From Candidatus Spyradenecus sp. (lineage in GTDB: Bacteria; Verrucomicrobiota; Verrucomicrobiia; Opitutales; UBA953): a DNA stretch of 64,000 bases. Below the pieces are notes generated by a model. It was not told where the DNA came from. It saw only the letters and a program-made list of their open reading frames with translations, and searched no databases. The DNA is taken from NCBI GenBank assembly GCA_045535075.1, contig JAZSKX010000014.1, positions 32,001 through 96,000 of the forward strand. Reading direction: 5' to 3'. Positions 40,481-50,608 of the stretch are shown here, piece after piece (positions within the stretch are counted from its first letter, which is position 1; each line of letters begins with the position of its first letter). A program made the translations under genes and the position numbers.

Positions 40481-41728
40481 TTATGCGTTCGGCGAAAACG
40501 CGAGAGTCGTTACTTTCCCCGCGCGCAGTTTGAACGGCGCTCCGAGCGCTTCGTTGGTGTCGTTGCGAAAGATTGTAATTTCCGCATCTTCTTTCATCGG
40601 ACCGAAATCAAACCGCCAAACATGCGAACCGGAATAATCCATGGGAACGGATTTTTTCTTTGAAAGTCCCGGGGCGTTCCCGCGCAGATAAGGGCGATCG
40701 CCGGTTCCGAATTCCGCTTTGAGAATCAGCGCCGTGTGCGGTAAATCTTCAATTAGCGGTAATTCGTCCGCCGCAATCGGACGCTGCTCGGAGACGATTT
40801 CTTCCGAGATTTTCGGCGCTTCCGGAAGATTTTCGGAAACGTTTTTTTCCGGAGTCGAAAAATATTCAATTACGAGCAGGCGTTTGGGCGACGCGGGATT
40901 TGCTTCCTTGGCGGGAACGTCGGAAATAAGCTTGGAAACGGCAGAAGCAACACTTTCCGCATTTGCCGCCTGTGCACGTTCAAACATGTTTTGCGGGAGC
41001 GGGAAATCCGCATCGGAGCTTTCTTCCTCGCCTTCGTTTTCGTCGATGAAAATTTCGTCGCCGAGCGTTTCCTCGTCGCTGAGGGCGTTCGCAAATTCGA
41101 GTTTTTCAAGAATTTCGTCTTGCGTGGCAGCGATGGCTTCGAGGCGTTCGTTGACTTCGTTTAAGTCGGCGCTTTCGTTCTTCGCGGGAGCCAAGCGCGT
41201 CTGAAGCGCATCGGTTTGCTCGTCAATGCGTTCGGCAAATTCTTTGGAAATTTCGTTGAGCTTTTCCTGGAGCTTTGCAATTTCCTCCGCGAGCTCATCC
41301 GTCGAATCGGCGGCGGGAGCGGTATTCTTGGCGGTTTCCTCCTGGCGGTTTGCCAAATACTTCAGCGCATTTTCAAGCGAAGCCAGTTGCTTGGAGAGGG
41401 CTTCGAAATCTTTGTGAACCTCGTTGTGGATGATTTCCTGATTTGCGAACGACTGCTTCATGCGCATGTCGAACGCTTCAAGAATGCGCGGCGCGGCATC
41501 GTTGACGGCCTGGCGTTTGGATTCCCGATACCATTGATATGCCGCCAAAATTTCTCCGACGAGAAGAACCGAACACAAAATCGCGAGAGTAACGATGTCG
41601 TGTTCCTGCTGAGAGGCATAAACGAGCACTGCGACAACGGCGATAACGAAAACGATAATGCCGAGCCAACGCGTTCCCGCGCCGGACGGACCGGTCGAAG
41701 TAGGAGTTTCCTGTGACGAGAATTCCAT
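40481..41728 (-). CDS. Membrane protein: 2 TM + coiled coil + acidic linker + C-terminal CBM20-like domain
   Basis: Two hydrophobic helices, heptad-rich middle, C-terminal FGTGDRPYLRGNAPGLS...VPM...W. Confidence 0.7.
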   Translation of the reverse strand: MEFSSQETPTSTGPSGAGTRWLGIIVFVIAVVAVLVYASQQEHDIVTLAILCSVLLVGEILAAYQWYRESKRQAVNDAAPRILEAFDMRMKQSFANQEIIHNEVHKDFEALSKQLASLENALKYLANRQEETAKNTAPAADSTDELAEEIAKLQEKLNEISKEFAERIDEQTDALQTRLAPAKNESADLNEVNERLEAIAATQDEILEKLEFANALSDEETLGDEIFIDENEGEEESSDADFPLPQNMFERAQAANAESVASAVSKLISDVPAKEANPASPKRLLVIEYFSTPEKNVSENLPEAPKISEEIVSEQRPIAADELPLIEDLPHTALILKAEFGTGDRPYLRGNAPGLSKKKSVPMDYSGSHVWRFDFGPMKEDAEITIFRNDTNEALGAPFKLRAGKVTTLAFSPNA

Positions 41729-41746
41729 GGGGTTTTTCAATAGATC

Positions 41747-42763
41747 TTAACGGGCGCGTTCGGGAAAACCGACTTTGCGGTAAACTTTAGAAAGTGTTTT
41801 CCAAGCCGTTTTTTGTGCAGCTTCCGCGCCGGCTTTGAGCACTTCGTCGAGATAAGCCTGATTCTTAATTAACACATCGTAGCGTTGGCGAACGGGATCG
41901 AGCACTGCGATAACGGCATCGGCAACGGTTTTTTTGAAGTCGCCGTAGCCTTTCCCTGCGAATTCGTCTTCGATTTCGGGAACGGTTTTTTCGGTAATCG
42001 CCGAATAAATTGAAATCAGATTCGTAACACCGGGTTTGTTTTCCGCATCAGCGCGAATCGAACCTTCCGAGTCCGTAACCGCCGACATGATTTTTTTGCG
42101 AATGACGTCCGCCGTATCAATCAAATCCACGGTTCCGAGCTGGTTCGGATCGGATTTCGACATCTTCGAAGTCGGATTTTGCAATGACATGACGCGCGCG
42201 CCCGCTTTGCCGATATAAGGCTCGGGAACGTTGAACGTAGGCGAGTAAGTGGCGTTGAATTTTTCCGCAAGGTCGCGCGTGAGCTCAAGATGTTGCTTCT
42301 GGTCTTCGCCGACGGGAACGACGTGCGCGTTGTAGAGTAGGATGTCCGCCGCCATGAGCACCGGATAAAAGAGCAGGCCGGAGTTGACGGAAATTTGCTT
42401 TTTCGCTTTGTCCTTAAACTGCGTCATGCGCTCAAGCTGGCCGAGCGGGCAGATGCAGGAAAGGACCCACGCGAGCTCGTTGTGCCCGTAGACATGGCTT
42501 TGGACGAAGAGGTGGCTCTTGGCGGGATCGAGTCCGCATGCCATGTACTGCGCGAGGCAGGAGTAGGTATTTTTGCGAAGTTCGGCGGGAACTTTCGGAA
42601 GCGTGATTGCGTGCTGATTCGTTACGAAAAAATAACATTCGTAGTCATTTTGCATCGCGCTCCAATTGCGCACGGCGCCGAGGTAGTTCCCGAGATGGAG
42701 CCTTCCCGTGGGTTGCGCTCCCGTTAAAATGACCGGTTTGGAAATAGGTGCAGAATCTGCCAT
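41747..42763 (-). CDS. trpS: Tryptophan--tRNA ligase
   Basis: TGAQPTGRLHLGNYLGA, YPVLMAADIL, VPVGEDQKQH, KMSKS; ATG 42763. Confidence 0.97.
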   Translation of the reverse strand: MADSAPISKPVILTGAQPTGRLHLGNYLGAVRNWSAMQNDYECYFFVTNQHAITLPKVPAELRKNTYSCLAQYMACGLDPAKSHLFVQSHVYGHNELAWVLSCICPLGQLERMTQFKDKAKKQISVNSGLLFYPVLMAADILLYNAHVVPVGEDQKQHLELTRDLAEKFNATYSPTFNVPEPYIGKAGARVMSLQNPTSKMSKSDPNQLGTVDLIDTADVIRKKIMSAVTDSEGSIRADAENKPGVTNLISIYSAITEKTVPEIEDEFAGKGYGDFKKTVADAVIAVLDPVRQRYDVLIKNQAYLDEVLKAGAEAAQKTAWKTLSKVYRKVGFPERAR

Positions 42764-42775
42764 AAATTTTGTTGT

Positions 42776-42803
42776 AAAAAGTTGCCGGGGCATTTCGCCC
42801 CGG
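42776..42803 (-). terminator. GC-rich hairpin between purL and trpS (terminator or attenuator-like)
   Basis: CCGGGGC-n5-GCCCCGG followed on the - strand by CAACTTTTT. Confidence 0.45.
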
Positions 42804-42829
42804 AGTGAAAACGCTGCGCCCGGCGTGCC

Positions 42830-45800
42830 TTACGCAAAGTAAGCAACACCGGCGGCGAAAAGCGGTTGGTTTTTGTTGCCGGGAATGTTTTTCCCGACGT
42901 TGTTCCCGCGGCGTTCCGAGTGGCCCATTTTCCCGAGTACGCGTCCGTCCGGCGAGATGATGCCTTCAATCGCCTGATACGAACCGTTCGGATTGCAGGA
43001 AATGTCGTAGCTCGGCGTTCCGTTTGCCGTACAATACTGGAATGCGATTTGTCCGTTCGCGGCGAGTTGCGCGACAACTTCCGGCGATGCCGTGAAATTG
43101 CCTTCGCCGTGAGACGCGGGAACGGTAAACACGTCGCCCACGTTTACGTTTGCAAGCCACGGCGACTTTACCGTCGCGACGCGCGTGTGAACGTAACGCG
43201 AGATGTGGCGTCCGATGCGATTGTGGAAAAGCGTCGGGCAATTGGCGTCCATGTCACGGATTTCGCCGAACGGCACCAATCCGAGTTTGATCAATGCTTG
43301 GAAGCCGTTGCAAATACCGAGAATTAAGCCGTCGCGCTCCTTGATGAGCGCATTCGTGGCATCGCGAACCGCCGGGTTTTTGAAGACGGCGGCAATGAAT
43401 TTTCCGGAGCCGTCCGGTTCGTCGCCGGCGGAGAAGCCGCCCGGAATCATCAGGATTTGCGTGTTCGAGATTTTGTCTGCAAGCGCACGCAGAGATTCGT
43501 CAACGGCGGCGGTTGTCAGATTGCGCACGACGAAAATTTCCGGTTCGGCGCCGGCTTCACAGAACGCGCGCGCCGTATCGTATTCGCAGTTCGAGCCCGG
43601 GAAGACCGGGATAAGAACACGCGGCTTTGCGACGCTGATTTTGGCGTGTTTTTGTGCCGGGCGCTCGTTGCAGGAGAATGTTTGCGGCGCGGGAGCGGTG
43701 TCTGCGGGAACGGCGCGCGTCGGGAAGACGTTTTCGAGAGCAAATTCCCAAGCATCGCGCATTTCGGAAAGGGCGAGCGAATCGCCGTTCCAAGCGGCTT
43801 CCGGTTTTTCCTGTGTTGTCCCGATGACGCAGTGTTCCAAGCCGTCGAGCGTTTCGCCGGCGTTGACCTCGAGAATCCATGCGCCGTGTTCGACTGCAAA
43901 GAACGAAGCATCCGGCGCTTTCTCCAACTTGAAACCGATTTCGTTCCCGAGCGCCATTTCCGCAAGAGCAACTGCTTTCCCGCCTTCGCGAATCGTACGC
44001 GCCGCAAGGATTTTTCCTTCCGTCGCGAGAGTGTAAATTTTTGCGAGTTTCGCGCGCAGATCCGCCCAGTCCGGCATTTGATCCGCCGCGAGCTTTGCGG
44101 GAACGTAAACAATCTTTGAGCCGACTTTCTTAAACTCCGGAGAAATCACCCGGGAAGCCTTCGCGGGAACGATGGCGAAAGAAACTAGAGTCGGCGGAAC
44201 GTCGAGATTTTTAAACGAGCCGGACATCGAGTCCTTCCCGCCGATGGCACCGTTGCCGAGCTCAAGTTGCGCCGTGAACGCGCCGAGCAAGGCGGCAAGC
44301 GGTTTGCCCCAGCGCTTCGGATCGTCGCCGAGCTTTTCAAAGTATTCCTGAAGCGTCAGTCGCGCATTCGCGGGATTGCCGCCGGCGGCAACGAGGCGCG
44401 CCACGGAATCGACGACGGCAAACGCCGCGCCGTGTGCCGGAGACCAGCTCGAGACTTCCGGATCGAAACCGAAGCTCATCAGCGTGCAATCATCGGTTTC
44501 GCCTTCGAGCACCGGAATTTTTGCCGCCATGGCTTCGGTCGGCGTCGTTTGCGTTTTTCCGCCAAACGGATGCAAAACCGTTCCCGCGCCGATGGAGGCG
44601 TCAAAGCGTTCCACCAAGCCGCGTTGTCCGCAGCAGCGCAAATCGCCGAGCGCATTCAGCCAAGTTGCTTTCGCATCGCCGTTTAGAAGCGGTTTCGGCA
44701 AGAACGGATTGGCAATCGGATCCGGCGCGCAAACGTGCGCGTCCGCTTCCTGCGTCGCTCCGTTCGTATCAAGAAATGCGCGCAACAAATCGACGATCGT
44801 GTTGCCTTGCCAGAACATGCGCAGGCGACCGGTGTCGGTAACGTCCGCAACGTGCGTGGATTCCAAATTTTCGCGTTCGGCGGCAGCGCGGAATTTTTCC
44901 AAGTCCGCGGGATCGATGACAACCGCCATGCGTTCCTGCGATTCGGAAATTGCAAGTTCCGTTCCGTTCAGTCCTTCATATTTGCGCGGAACGCGGTCGA
45001 GATGAATATCGAGCGACGGCGCAAGTTCGCCGATGGCAACGGAAACGCCGCCCGCTCCGAAGTCGTTGCAACGCTTGATGAGGCGGGAAACTTCCGCGTC
45101 GCGGAAAAGGCGCTGCAATTTGCGCTCGGTCGGAGCGTCGCCTTTTTGAACTTCCGCGCTGTTTTCGAGCGCTTTTTCCGTGTGTTCTTTGGACGATCCC
45201 GTCGCGCCGCCGATTCCGTCGCGCCCGGTGCGTCCGCCGACGAGCACGATAATGTCTCCGGGAGCGGGCGTGCCGCGAACAACGTTTTTCTTCAATCCTG
45301 CGGCGACAACGGCTCCGATTTCAAGACGCTTGGCAACGTAGCCCGGGTGATAAATTTCGTGAACCATTCCCGTTGCGAGTCCGATTTGGTTTCCGTAGGA
45401 AGAATAACCCTGCGCCGCGCCGCGCACAATTTTGCGCTGCGGGAGCTTGCCCGGAATCGTTTTGGAGAAAGGCACGCGCGGATCCGCCGCGCCGGTAACG
45501 CGCATCGCCTGATAAACGTAGCTGCGCCCGGAAAGCGGGTCGCGAATCGCACCGCCGAGGCAGGTTGCCGCACCGCCGAAGGGCTCGATTTCTGTCGGGT
45601 GATTGTGCGTTTCGTTTTTAAACATCACGAGCCAGTCTTCCGTTACGCCGTCAATGGTGACGGGAACGACGATGGAGGCGGCGTTGATTTCTTCGGAAAC
45701 TTCGAGATCGTCGAGCTTGCCCTGCTTTTTGAGTTCGCGCATCGCGAGCAAAGCGACGTCCATGAGACAAACGGTTTTTTCTTCGCGACCGAGTGCTTTG

Positions 45801-46570
45801 CGGAGTTCGAGATAATTTTTCCACGCTTTTTCGACGGGCGCGACAAGCGGCGAGTTGTCGAAAGAAACTTTGTTGAGGCGCGTGAGAAACGTGGTGTGGC
45901 GGCAGTGGTCGGACCAATATGTGTCGAGCACTCGGATTTCGGTGAGCGTCGGGTTGCGCTTTTCTTCGTCGCGATAATATTTTTGAACAAAAGCAATGTC
46001 CGCATCGCTCATCGCTAAGCCGAGCTCTTTGCGCAGAGCAGAAAGTTCTTCGGCGGATTTTTCGCAGAAGTTTTCAATGCTCGGAATTGCGGCGGGAGCG
46101 GGAATTTCCTGCTTAAGCGTCGCGGGAACGTCCAGAGAGGCTTCGCGGGAATCGACGGGGTTGATGAGGTAAGCCTTGATGCGTTCCAAGTCCTCCGCAC
46201 TTGCTCCGCAAACAGCGTAGACACGAGCCGACGCAATGAGCGGACGTTCCTTGAGCGTGAGCATTTGCACGCACTGCGCGGCGGAATCGGCGCGTTGGTC
46301 GAATTGTCCGGGTAAGTATTCTACCGCGAAAACAGCCGCGTCTTTGTCGCACGGGAACACGTCTTCGTAAACATCGTCCACTTGCGGTTCTGCAAAGACG
46401 GTCGGGAGTGTTTTGCGAAAATCCTCTTCGGAAAGCCCGTCGATATCGTAGCGCTGGGCGATGCGCAAATCGGAAAGCCCGGAGAGTCCGAGCGATTCGC
46501 GAAGGTCCTGAAGGACACTGTGCGTTTGTTCACGGAAAGCGTTTTTTTTCTCAACAAAGATGCGTTTCAT
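42830..46570 (-). CDS. purL: Phosphoribosylformylglycinamidine synthase, single-chain (clostridial-type)
   Basis: DTYWSDHCRHTTF, KNETHNHPTEIEPFGGA, CNDFGAGG; glutaminase domain LGICNGFQ ... MGHSER. Confidence 0.96.
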   Translation of the reverse strand: MKRIFVEKKNAFREQTHSVLQDLRESLGLSGLSDLRIAQRYDIDGLSEEDFRKTLPTVFAEPQVDDVYEDVFPCDKDAAVFAVEYLPGQFDQRADSAAQCVQMLTLKERPLIASARVYAVCGASAEDLERIKAYLINPVDSREASLDVPATLKQEIPAPAAIPSIENFCEKSAEELSALRKELGLAMSDADIAFVQKYYRDEEKRNPTLTEIRVLDTYWSDHCRHTTFLTRLNKVSFDNSPLVAPVEKAWKNYLELRKALGREEKTVCLMDVALLAMRELKKQGKLDDLEVSEEINAASIVVPVTIDGVTEDWLVMFKNETHNHPTEIEPFGGAATCLGGAIRDPLSGRSYVYQAMRVTGAADPRVPFSKTIPGKLPQRKIVRGAAQGYSSYGNQIGLATGMVHEIYHPGYVAKRLEIGAVVAAGLKKNVVRGTPAPGDIIVLVGGRTGRDGIGGATGSSKEHTEKALENSAEVQKGDAPTERKLQRLFRDAEVSRLIKRCNDFGAGGVSVAIGELAPSLDIHLDRVPRKYEGLNGTELAISESQERMAVVIDPADLEKFRAAAERENLESTHVADVTDTGRLRMFWQGNTIVDLLRAFLDTNGATQEADAHVCAPDPIANPFLPKPLLNGDAKATWLNALGDLRCCGQRGLVERFDASIGAGTVLHPFGGKTQTTPTEAMAAKIPVLEGETDDCTLMSFGFDPEVSSWSPAHGAAFAVVDSVARLVAAGGNPANARLTLQEYFEKLGDDPKRWGKPLAALLGAFTAQLELGNGAIGGKDSMSGSFKNLDVPPTLVSFAIVPAKASRVISPEFKKVGSKIVYVPAKLAADQMPDWADLRAKLAKIYTLATEGKILAARTIREGGKAVALAEMALGNEIGFKLEKAPDASFFAVEHGAWILEVNAGETLDGLEHCVIGTTQEKPEAAWNGDSLALSEMRDAWEFALENVFPTRAVPADTAPAPQTFSCNERPAQKHAKISVAKPRVLIPVFPGSNCEYDTARAFCEAGAEPEIFVVRNLTTAAVDESLRALADKISNTQILMIPGGFSAGDEPDGSGKFIAAVFKNPAVRDATNALIKERDGLILGICNGFQALIKLGLVPFGEIRDMDANCPTLFHNRIGRHISRYVHTRVATVKSPWLANVNVGDVFTVPASHGEGNFTASPEVVAQLAANGQIAFQYCTANGTPSYDISCNPNGSYQAIEGIISPDGRVLGKMGHSERRGNNVGKNIPGNKNQPLFAAGVAYFA

Positions 46571-46741
46571 AAAGGAAAGTGTAAGCGCCGATTCTCCCTA
46601 ATCCGTTCCCGCGAGGCAATGAAAAATCCCTTGAAGGAGGTTTAGTTTTAAGAAATCGGAATTAGGTAAAGCGAAACGGAAACTGCGAATGAATGCTGAC
46701 AAACGCAGTTTTTTATTTGACTCTAAGCGCTCGGAGCGGCT

Positions 46742-47461
46742 TTAAAGCATGGCGACTGCGGGAACGTAATCCCGGACGGCAAGCATGCACGCTTGTATCG
46801 CTTCAGGAGACATTTCCTGTATGGCATCAAGGGTGAGTGCTCGATCGAGGTTAAATTTTCCTGATGCGATGCGGCGAAGCGCTGTCAGGTGCGCGCCGGG
46901 GCCGAGTTTGCGCCCGAGATCGTGTGCGATTGTTCGTACGTAGGTTCCTTTTGAACATTCGACGTAGAAATCGACATCCCGATTTTCGCGCATTTCGCGC
47001 AATTCGAATTTGGAAATACGGATAAAGCGCTTTTCGCGTTCGACTTCTTTGCCTTTTCGTGCGGCTTTGTAAAGCGGTTGTCCGTTGATTTTAATCGCGG
47101 AAAACATCGGCGGAATCTGGTATTGGTCGCCTTCCATCTCGCGCATGGCATCGGCAATTTTTTCGCGGCTCAAATCGGCGGGAACGGGATTTGTTTCCAT
47201 GATTTCGCCGTCGGCATCCTGTGAATTGGTAATAACACCGAGGCGTAGCGTTCCCGTGTAGATTTTGTCCTGGCTCATCAGGTATTGGGAGGCTTTACAA
47301 GCGGGCCCGACGAGAATGACGAGCAGTCCCGTCGCGAGCGGATCGAGCGTTCCCGCGTGTCCGATGCGTTTGGTATGCAAAATGCCGCGTAATTTGGCGA
47401 CGACGTCATGCGAAGTCCATTCCTGCGGTTTGTCGATGAGAAGGATGCCGTTAAAATCCAT
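46742..47461 (-). CDS. truB: tRNA pseudouridine(55) synthase
   Basis: [32 protein letters not shown]. Confidence 0.96.
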   Translation of the reverse strand: MDFNGILLIDKPQEWTSHDVVAKLRGILHTKRIGHAGTLDPLATGLLVILVGPACKASQYLMSQDKIYTGTLRLGVITNSQDADGEIMETNPVPADLSREKIADAMREMEGDQYQIPPMFSAIKINGQPLYKAARKGKEVEREKRFIRISKFELREMRENRDVDFYVECSKGTYVRTIAHDLGRKLGPGAHLTALRRIASGKFNLDRALTLDAIQEMSPEAIQACMLAVRDYVPAVAML

Positions 47462-47581
47462 GCGAACATCTTTCCCGAAAATGAGCGGGAAATCAATGCT
47501 TGAGAAAATCCGTATGTTTTATTTCTTGCCGATTCTTTAAAAATCGGACATCCTCTGCAGCTTAATCATTTTTTTACCAAC

Positions 47582-47794
47582 GTGAGAGAAGAATATCTTA
47601 AACAAGCTAACAAAATCGTTAAAGACCCGAACATTCTTATCAATGTCGTCTCGCGCCGCGTTCATCAGCTTCAGCACGAAGGTATGGAGCCGCTCGTTGA
47701 TACGCTCGAAAAGCTCGCTCCCGAAGATATCGCATTGCGCGAAATCATCGAAGGAAAGCTTTCTTTCGAACTGCCGGACGATTTGTTGCAATAA
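47582..47794 (+). CDS. rpoZ: DNA-directed RNA polymerase subunit omega
   Basis: 70 aa; LINVVSRRVHQL...IALREI.EGK. Confidence 0.85.
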   Translation: MREEYLKQANKIVKDPNILINVVSRRVHQLQHEGMEPLVDTLEKLAPEDIALREIIEGKLSFELPDDLLQ

Positions 47795-47857
47795 TTGCGA
47801 TTATGTAAATTTCGGGCAGGCTTTCCTTGCGGGAAGGACCTGCCTTATTTTTTTTAA

Positions 47858-48331
47858 GTGAGCAAAAAAAAGGACAACAACAAGCAAGCCGAAATTCGGA
47901 ATCCGAAAGCATCACGGGATTACGAACTCGGCGAACGTTACGAGGCAGGGCTCGTTCTCACGGGAACGGAAGTCAAGGCGTTGCGTGCCGGGCGTGCGAA
48001 TATTGCGGACGCGTTTATACGCATCGATTCCGACAATATTCCGACTCTTTATCATGCGCATGTCTCCGAGTATGATTTCGGGAACACCAACAATCACAAC
48101 CCGTACCGTCCGCGCCGCCTCTTGCTTCACGCAAAGGAAATCCGGAAAATCCTCACTTCAATCCAATCCGGAGGCATGTCAATCGTCCCTTTAAAAATTT
48201 ACTTCTCTCACGGACTTGCGAAGTTGCAGTTGGCTGTCGGAAAGGGGAAAAAGCTTTTTGACAAGCGAAACGACATTAAAAACCGGGATGATGAGCGCTA
48301 CATTCGCCGCGCGCTCTCTTCAAGACGCTAA
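47858..48331 (+). CDS. smpB: SsrA-binding protein
   Basis: NPKASRDY, EAGLVLTGTEVKALR, RRLLLH, GKKLFDKR. Confidence 0.96.
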   Translation: MSKKKDNNKQAEIRNPKASRDYELGERYEAGLVLTGTEVKALRAGRANIADAFIRIDSDNIPTLYHAHVSEYDFGNTNNHNPYRPRRLLLHAKEIRKILTSIQSGGMSIVPLKIYFSHGLAKLQLAVGKGKKLFDKRNDIKNRDDERYIRRALSSRR

Positions 48332-48391
48332 ATACGACTTGACTGACGCTTTGTAAATAGTAAACTTAAAATCTTTAGTGTTAATTTGGAT

Positions 48392-48865
48392 ATGAAAACG
48401 AAAGCAACGAAAAGCAAAACCACGAAAAAAGTTACCGAAAAAGCGGCTCCGAAGGCAAAAGCGGCTCCCGCGAAACCGGTTGCGAAGGTAGCGGAAAAAC
48501 CGGCGGCAAAAACCGCTGCACCTAAAAAAGCTTGCGCTACGAAAAAGGTTTGCGAAAAGAAGACGACAACGGAGAAAAAAACGACGGCAAAGGCTGCTCC
48601 CGCTAAATTGAAGCTGACGCGCATTGTCGCTCACGTCGATGTCGGGTGGGGAAAACAACTCTACATCCGCGGTGAAGGCGCCGGACTGAGCTGGGAACAG
48701 GGAATTCCGATGCTTTGCGAAAACGATACCGAATGGCATTGGGTTGCGGAAACGGACGTTTGCCCGATTTCCTTCAAATTCCTTATCGACGACAAGGTTT
48801 GGGCGCTCGGCGAAAATATTACGATTAACGCCGGCGACGTTCATATCTCCGAACCGAGCTTCTAA
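48392..48865 (+). CDS. Lys/Ala/Thr-rich histone-H1-like N-terminus fused to a CBM20-like C-terminal domain
   Basis: KAAPKAKAAPAKP-type repeats followed by DVGWGKQLYIRGEGAGLSWEQGIPM...FKFLIDD. Confidence 0.8.
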   Translation: MKTKATKSKTTKKVTEKAAPKAKAAPAKPVAKVAEKPAAKTAAPKKACATKKVCEKKTTTEKKTTAKAAPAKLKLTRIVAHVDVGWGKQLYIRGEGAGLSWEQGIPMLCENDTEWHWVAETDVCPISFKFLIDDKVWALGENITINAGDVHISEPSF

Positions 48866-48880
48866 ATTTTAGCTTAGACG

Positions 48881-48913
48881 AAACGCGCAGTTTAAAAATC
48901 TGCGCGTTTTTTT
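48881..48913 (+). terminator. Intrinsic terminator
   Basis: AAACGCGCAG-loop-CTGCGCGTTT followed by a T tract. Confidence 0.8.
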
Positions 48914-48953
48914 ATTTCTTAAAAAATCGAAGCTTCCGTTGAATCCGGTTTCG

Positions 48954-48994
48954 AAAAAAAAGCGCGTTCCCGTGGACTGCGGGAACGCGCTTTT
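48954..48994 (-). terminator. Terminator of rph formed by an inverted motif pair
   Basis: AAAAGCGCGTTCCCGT-n5-GCGGGAACGCGCTTTT with an A8 tract on the left. Confidence 0.85.
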
Positions 48995-49003
48995 CGCTTC
49001 TAT

Positions 49004-49729
49004 TTAGCCCAAAATGCGTTTTTGAATTTCTGAAATCTCGCAGATGCCTTTCTTCGCCAGGTCGATCATCGAGGCGAGTTCCTCAGGCGAGAAAGTGGCT
49101 TCTTCGCCGGTGGATTGAAGCTCGACGAAACGTCCCGTTCCCGTCATGACAACGTTTGCGTCTACTGCGGCATCTTTGTCTTCGATGTAGCATAAATCGA
49201 GAATCGGCGTTTCCTGATACATGCCGACGCTGATGGCGGCGACGGAGTCCGTAAACGGATCTTCTTTAATTTTCCCGGCTTCCATGAATTTACGAATTGC
49301 CATTTTGGCGGCGACGTAAGCCCCGGAAATTGATGCGGTTCGCGTTCCGCCGTCAGCCTGCAAAACATCGCAATCGATCCAAAGCGTCATTCCCTCTAAT
49401 TTTTCTAAGTCGAGCACGGCTCGGAGAGAGCGCCCGATGAGGCGTTGGATTTCAACCGTTCGCCCGTCGAGCTTACCGCGTGAAATATCGCGTGCTTTGC
49501 GGTCGAGTGTCGAGTAGGGCAGCAGGGAATATTCGGCGGTTAACCAACCGCCTTTTACGCCTTGAACACGCATCCATGTCGGAACTTTTTCTTCGAGCGT
49601 TGCGGCGCAGATGACGCGTGTGTTGCCGAAGCAGGCGAGCACGGAGCCGGCGGCGTGCGGCGCAATGCCGGGTTGGAAGGAAATCGGGCGAAGTTCGTTT
49701 GCTTCGCGGTTGTCAGGTCGGATAATCAT
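49004..49729 (-). CDS. rph: Ribonuclease PH
   Basis: RPDNR..ELR, GWLTAEYSLLP, EIQRLIGRSLRA, DCDVLQADGGTRTASI; ATG 49729. Confidence 0.96.
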   Translation of the reverse strand: MIIRPDNREANELRPISFQPGIAPHAAGSVLACFGNTRVICAATLEEKVPTWMRVQGVKGGWLTAEYSLLPYSTLDRKARDISRGKLDGRTVEIQRLIGRSLRAVLDLEKLEGMTLWIDCDVLQADGGTRTASISGAYVAAKMAIRKFMEAGKIKEDPFTDSVAAISVGMYQETPILDLCYIEDKDAAVDANVVMTGTGRFVELQSTGEEATFSPEELASMIDLAKKGICEISEIQKRILG

Positions 49730-49772
49730 AGTTTGAAAAATCGGAGGATTGCGGAAAGTTTTTTGCTTTGTC

Positions 49773-50606
49773 CTACTTGTGAGTGGAGATTGCGCGCTGG
49801 CGAACGGCTTCGAAGAGACAGATTCCCGCTGCCATGGAAACGTTGAGCGAGTCCGCCAAGCCGCGCTGCGGAATCGCGACGGGAATGACCGATTTAGCTT
49901 CCGGATTCTCAAGCCAAAAAGGAGAAAGTCCGGTCGCCTCCGTCCCGAGGAGAATTGCGCAGGATTGGCGAAAATCGCAGCTCCAATAAAGTTTTTCCGC
50001 GTCGGGAGTGGTTGCGAAAACGGCGACATTGCGTTCCCGCAACCACGTGTAAACCGTTTCTGCGGGAGCGATGGCAAGCGGCATGGAAAAGAGCGTTCCC
50101 TGCGAAGCACGCACGGCGTTCGGATTGTAAACGTCCGTTCCCGCGCCGCAACAAATCAGTGCCGTGCAACCGGCGGAATCCGCGGTTCGAAGGAGGGCGC
50201 CGAGATTTCCGGGCTTTTCGATGGATTCGGCAACAAGGTAGAGCGGAGCTTCTCCGGGATGAGGTTGCGGGAGCGCATCCAGCGTGTGTTTGCGCATTTC
50301 GGCGACTGCAAGAACGCCTTCGGGTTTGTCGCGATAACTGATTTTTTCGAATGCGCTCGCCGAAAGTTCAAAGCAGTTTTCCTCGGGAACGATTTGCCGC
50401 ATTTTTTCGGCGATTAATTGAGCCGGGCGCGAGCGGATTTGCTCCGGGCAAAAATAAAATTCCGTGATGCGAATTCCTCCGGTTACGGCGCGTTCGATTT
50501 CTCGAAGTCCTTCCAAAAGAAAGACGCCTTCGCGTTCCCGCGAGGAGCGTTCCCGTAGGCGGACAAGGCGCAAAATTCTGGGGTTTTGGCGGGATGTGAT
50601 CAGCAT
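49773..50606 (-). CDS. TrmH/SpoU-family RNA 2'-O-methyltransferase
   Basis: ITSRQNP, EKPGNLGALLRTADSAG, LGTEATGL, DSLNVSMAAG. Confidence 0.92.
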   Translation of the reverse strand: MLITSRQNPRILRLVRLRERSSREREGVFLLEGLREIERAVTGGIRITEFYFCPEQIRSRPAQLIAEKMRQIVPEENCFELSASAFEKISYRDKPEGVLAVAEMRKHTLDALPQPHPGEAPLYLVAESIEKPGNLGALLRTADSAGCTALICCGAGTDVYNPNAVRASQGTLFSMPLAIAPAETVYTWLRERNVAVFATTPDAEKLYWSCDFRQSCAILLGTEATGLSPFWLENPEAKSVIPVAIPQRGLADSLNVSMAAGICLFEAVRQRAISTHK

Positions 50607-50608
50607 AT

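Noticed and set aside
47795..48391. tmRNA or tRNA near smpB; hairpin at about 47815-47854
   Set aside because: No tRNA-like ends and too little intergenic space. The hairpin is imperfect and at most a weak terminator.
49730..50110. Apparent N-terminal extension of RNase PH in the ORF track
   Set aside because: Overlaps the TrmH gene in another frame; the family-typical start is ATG 49729.
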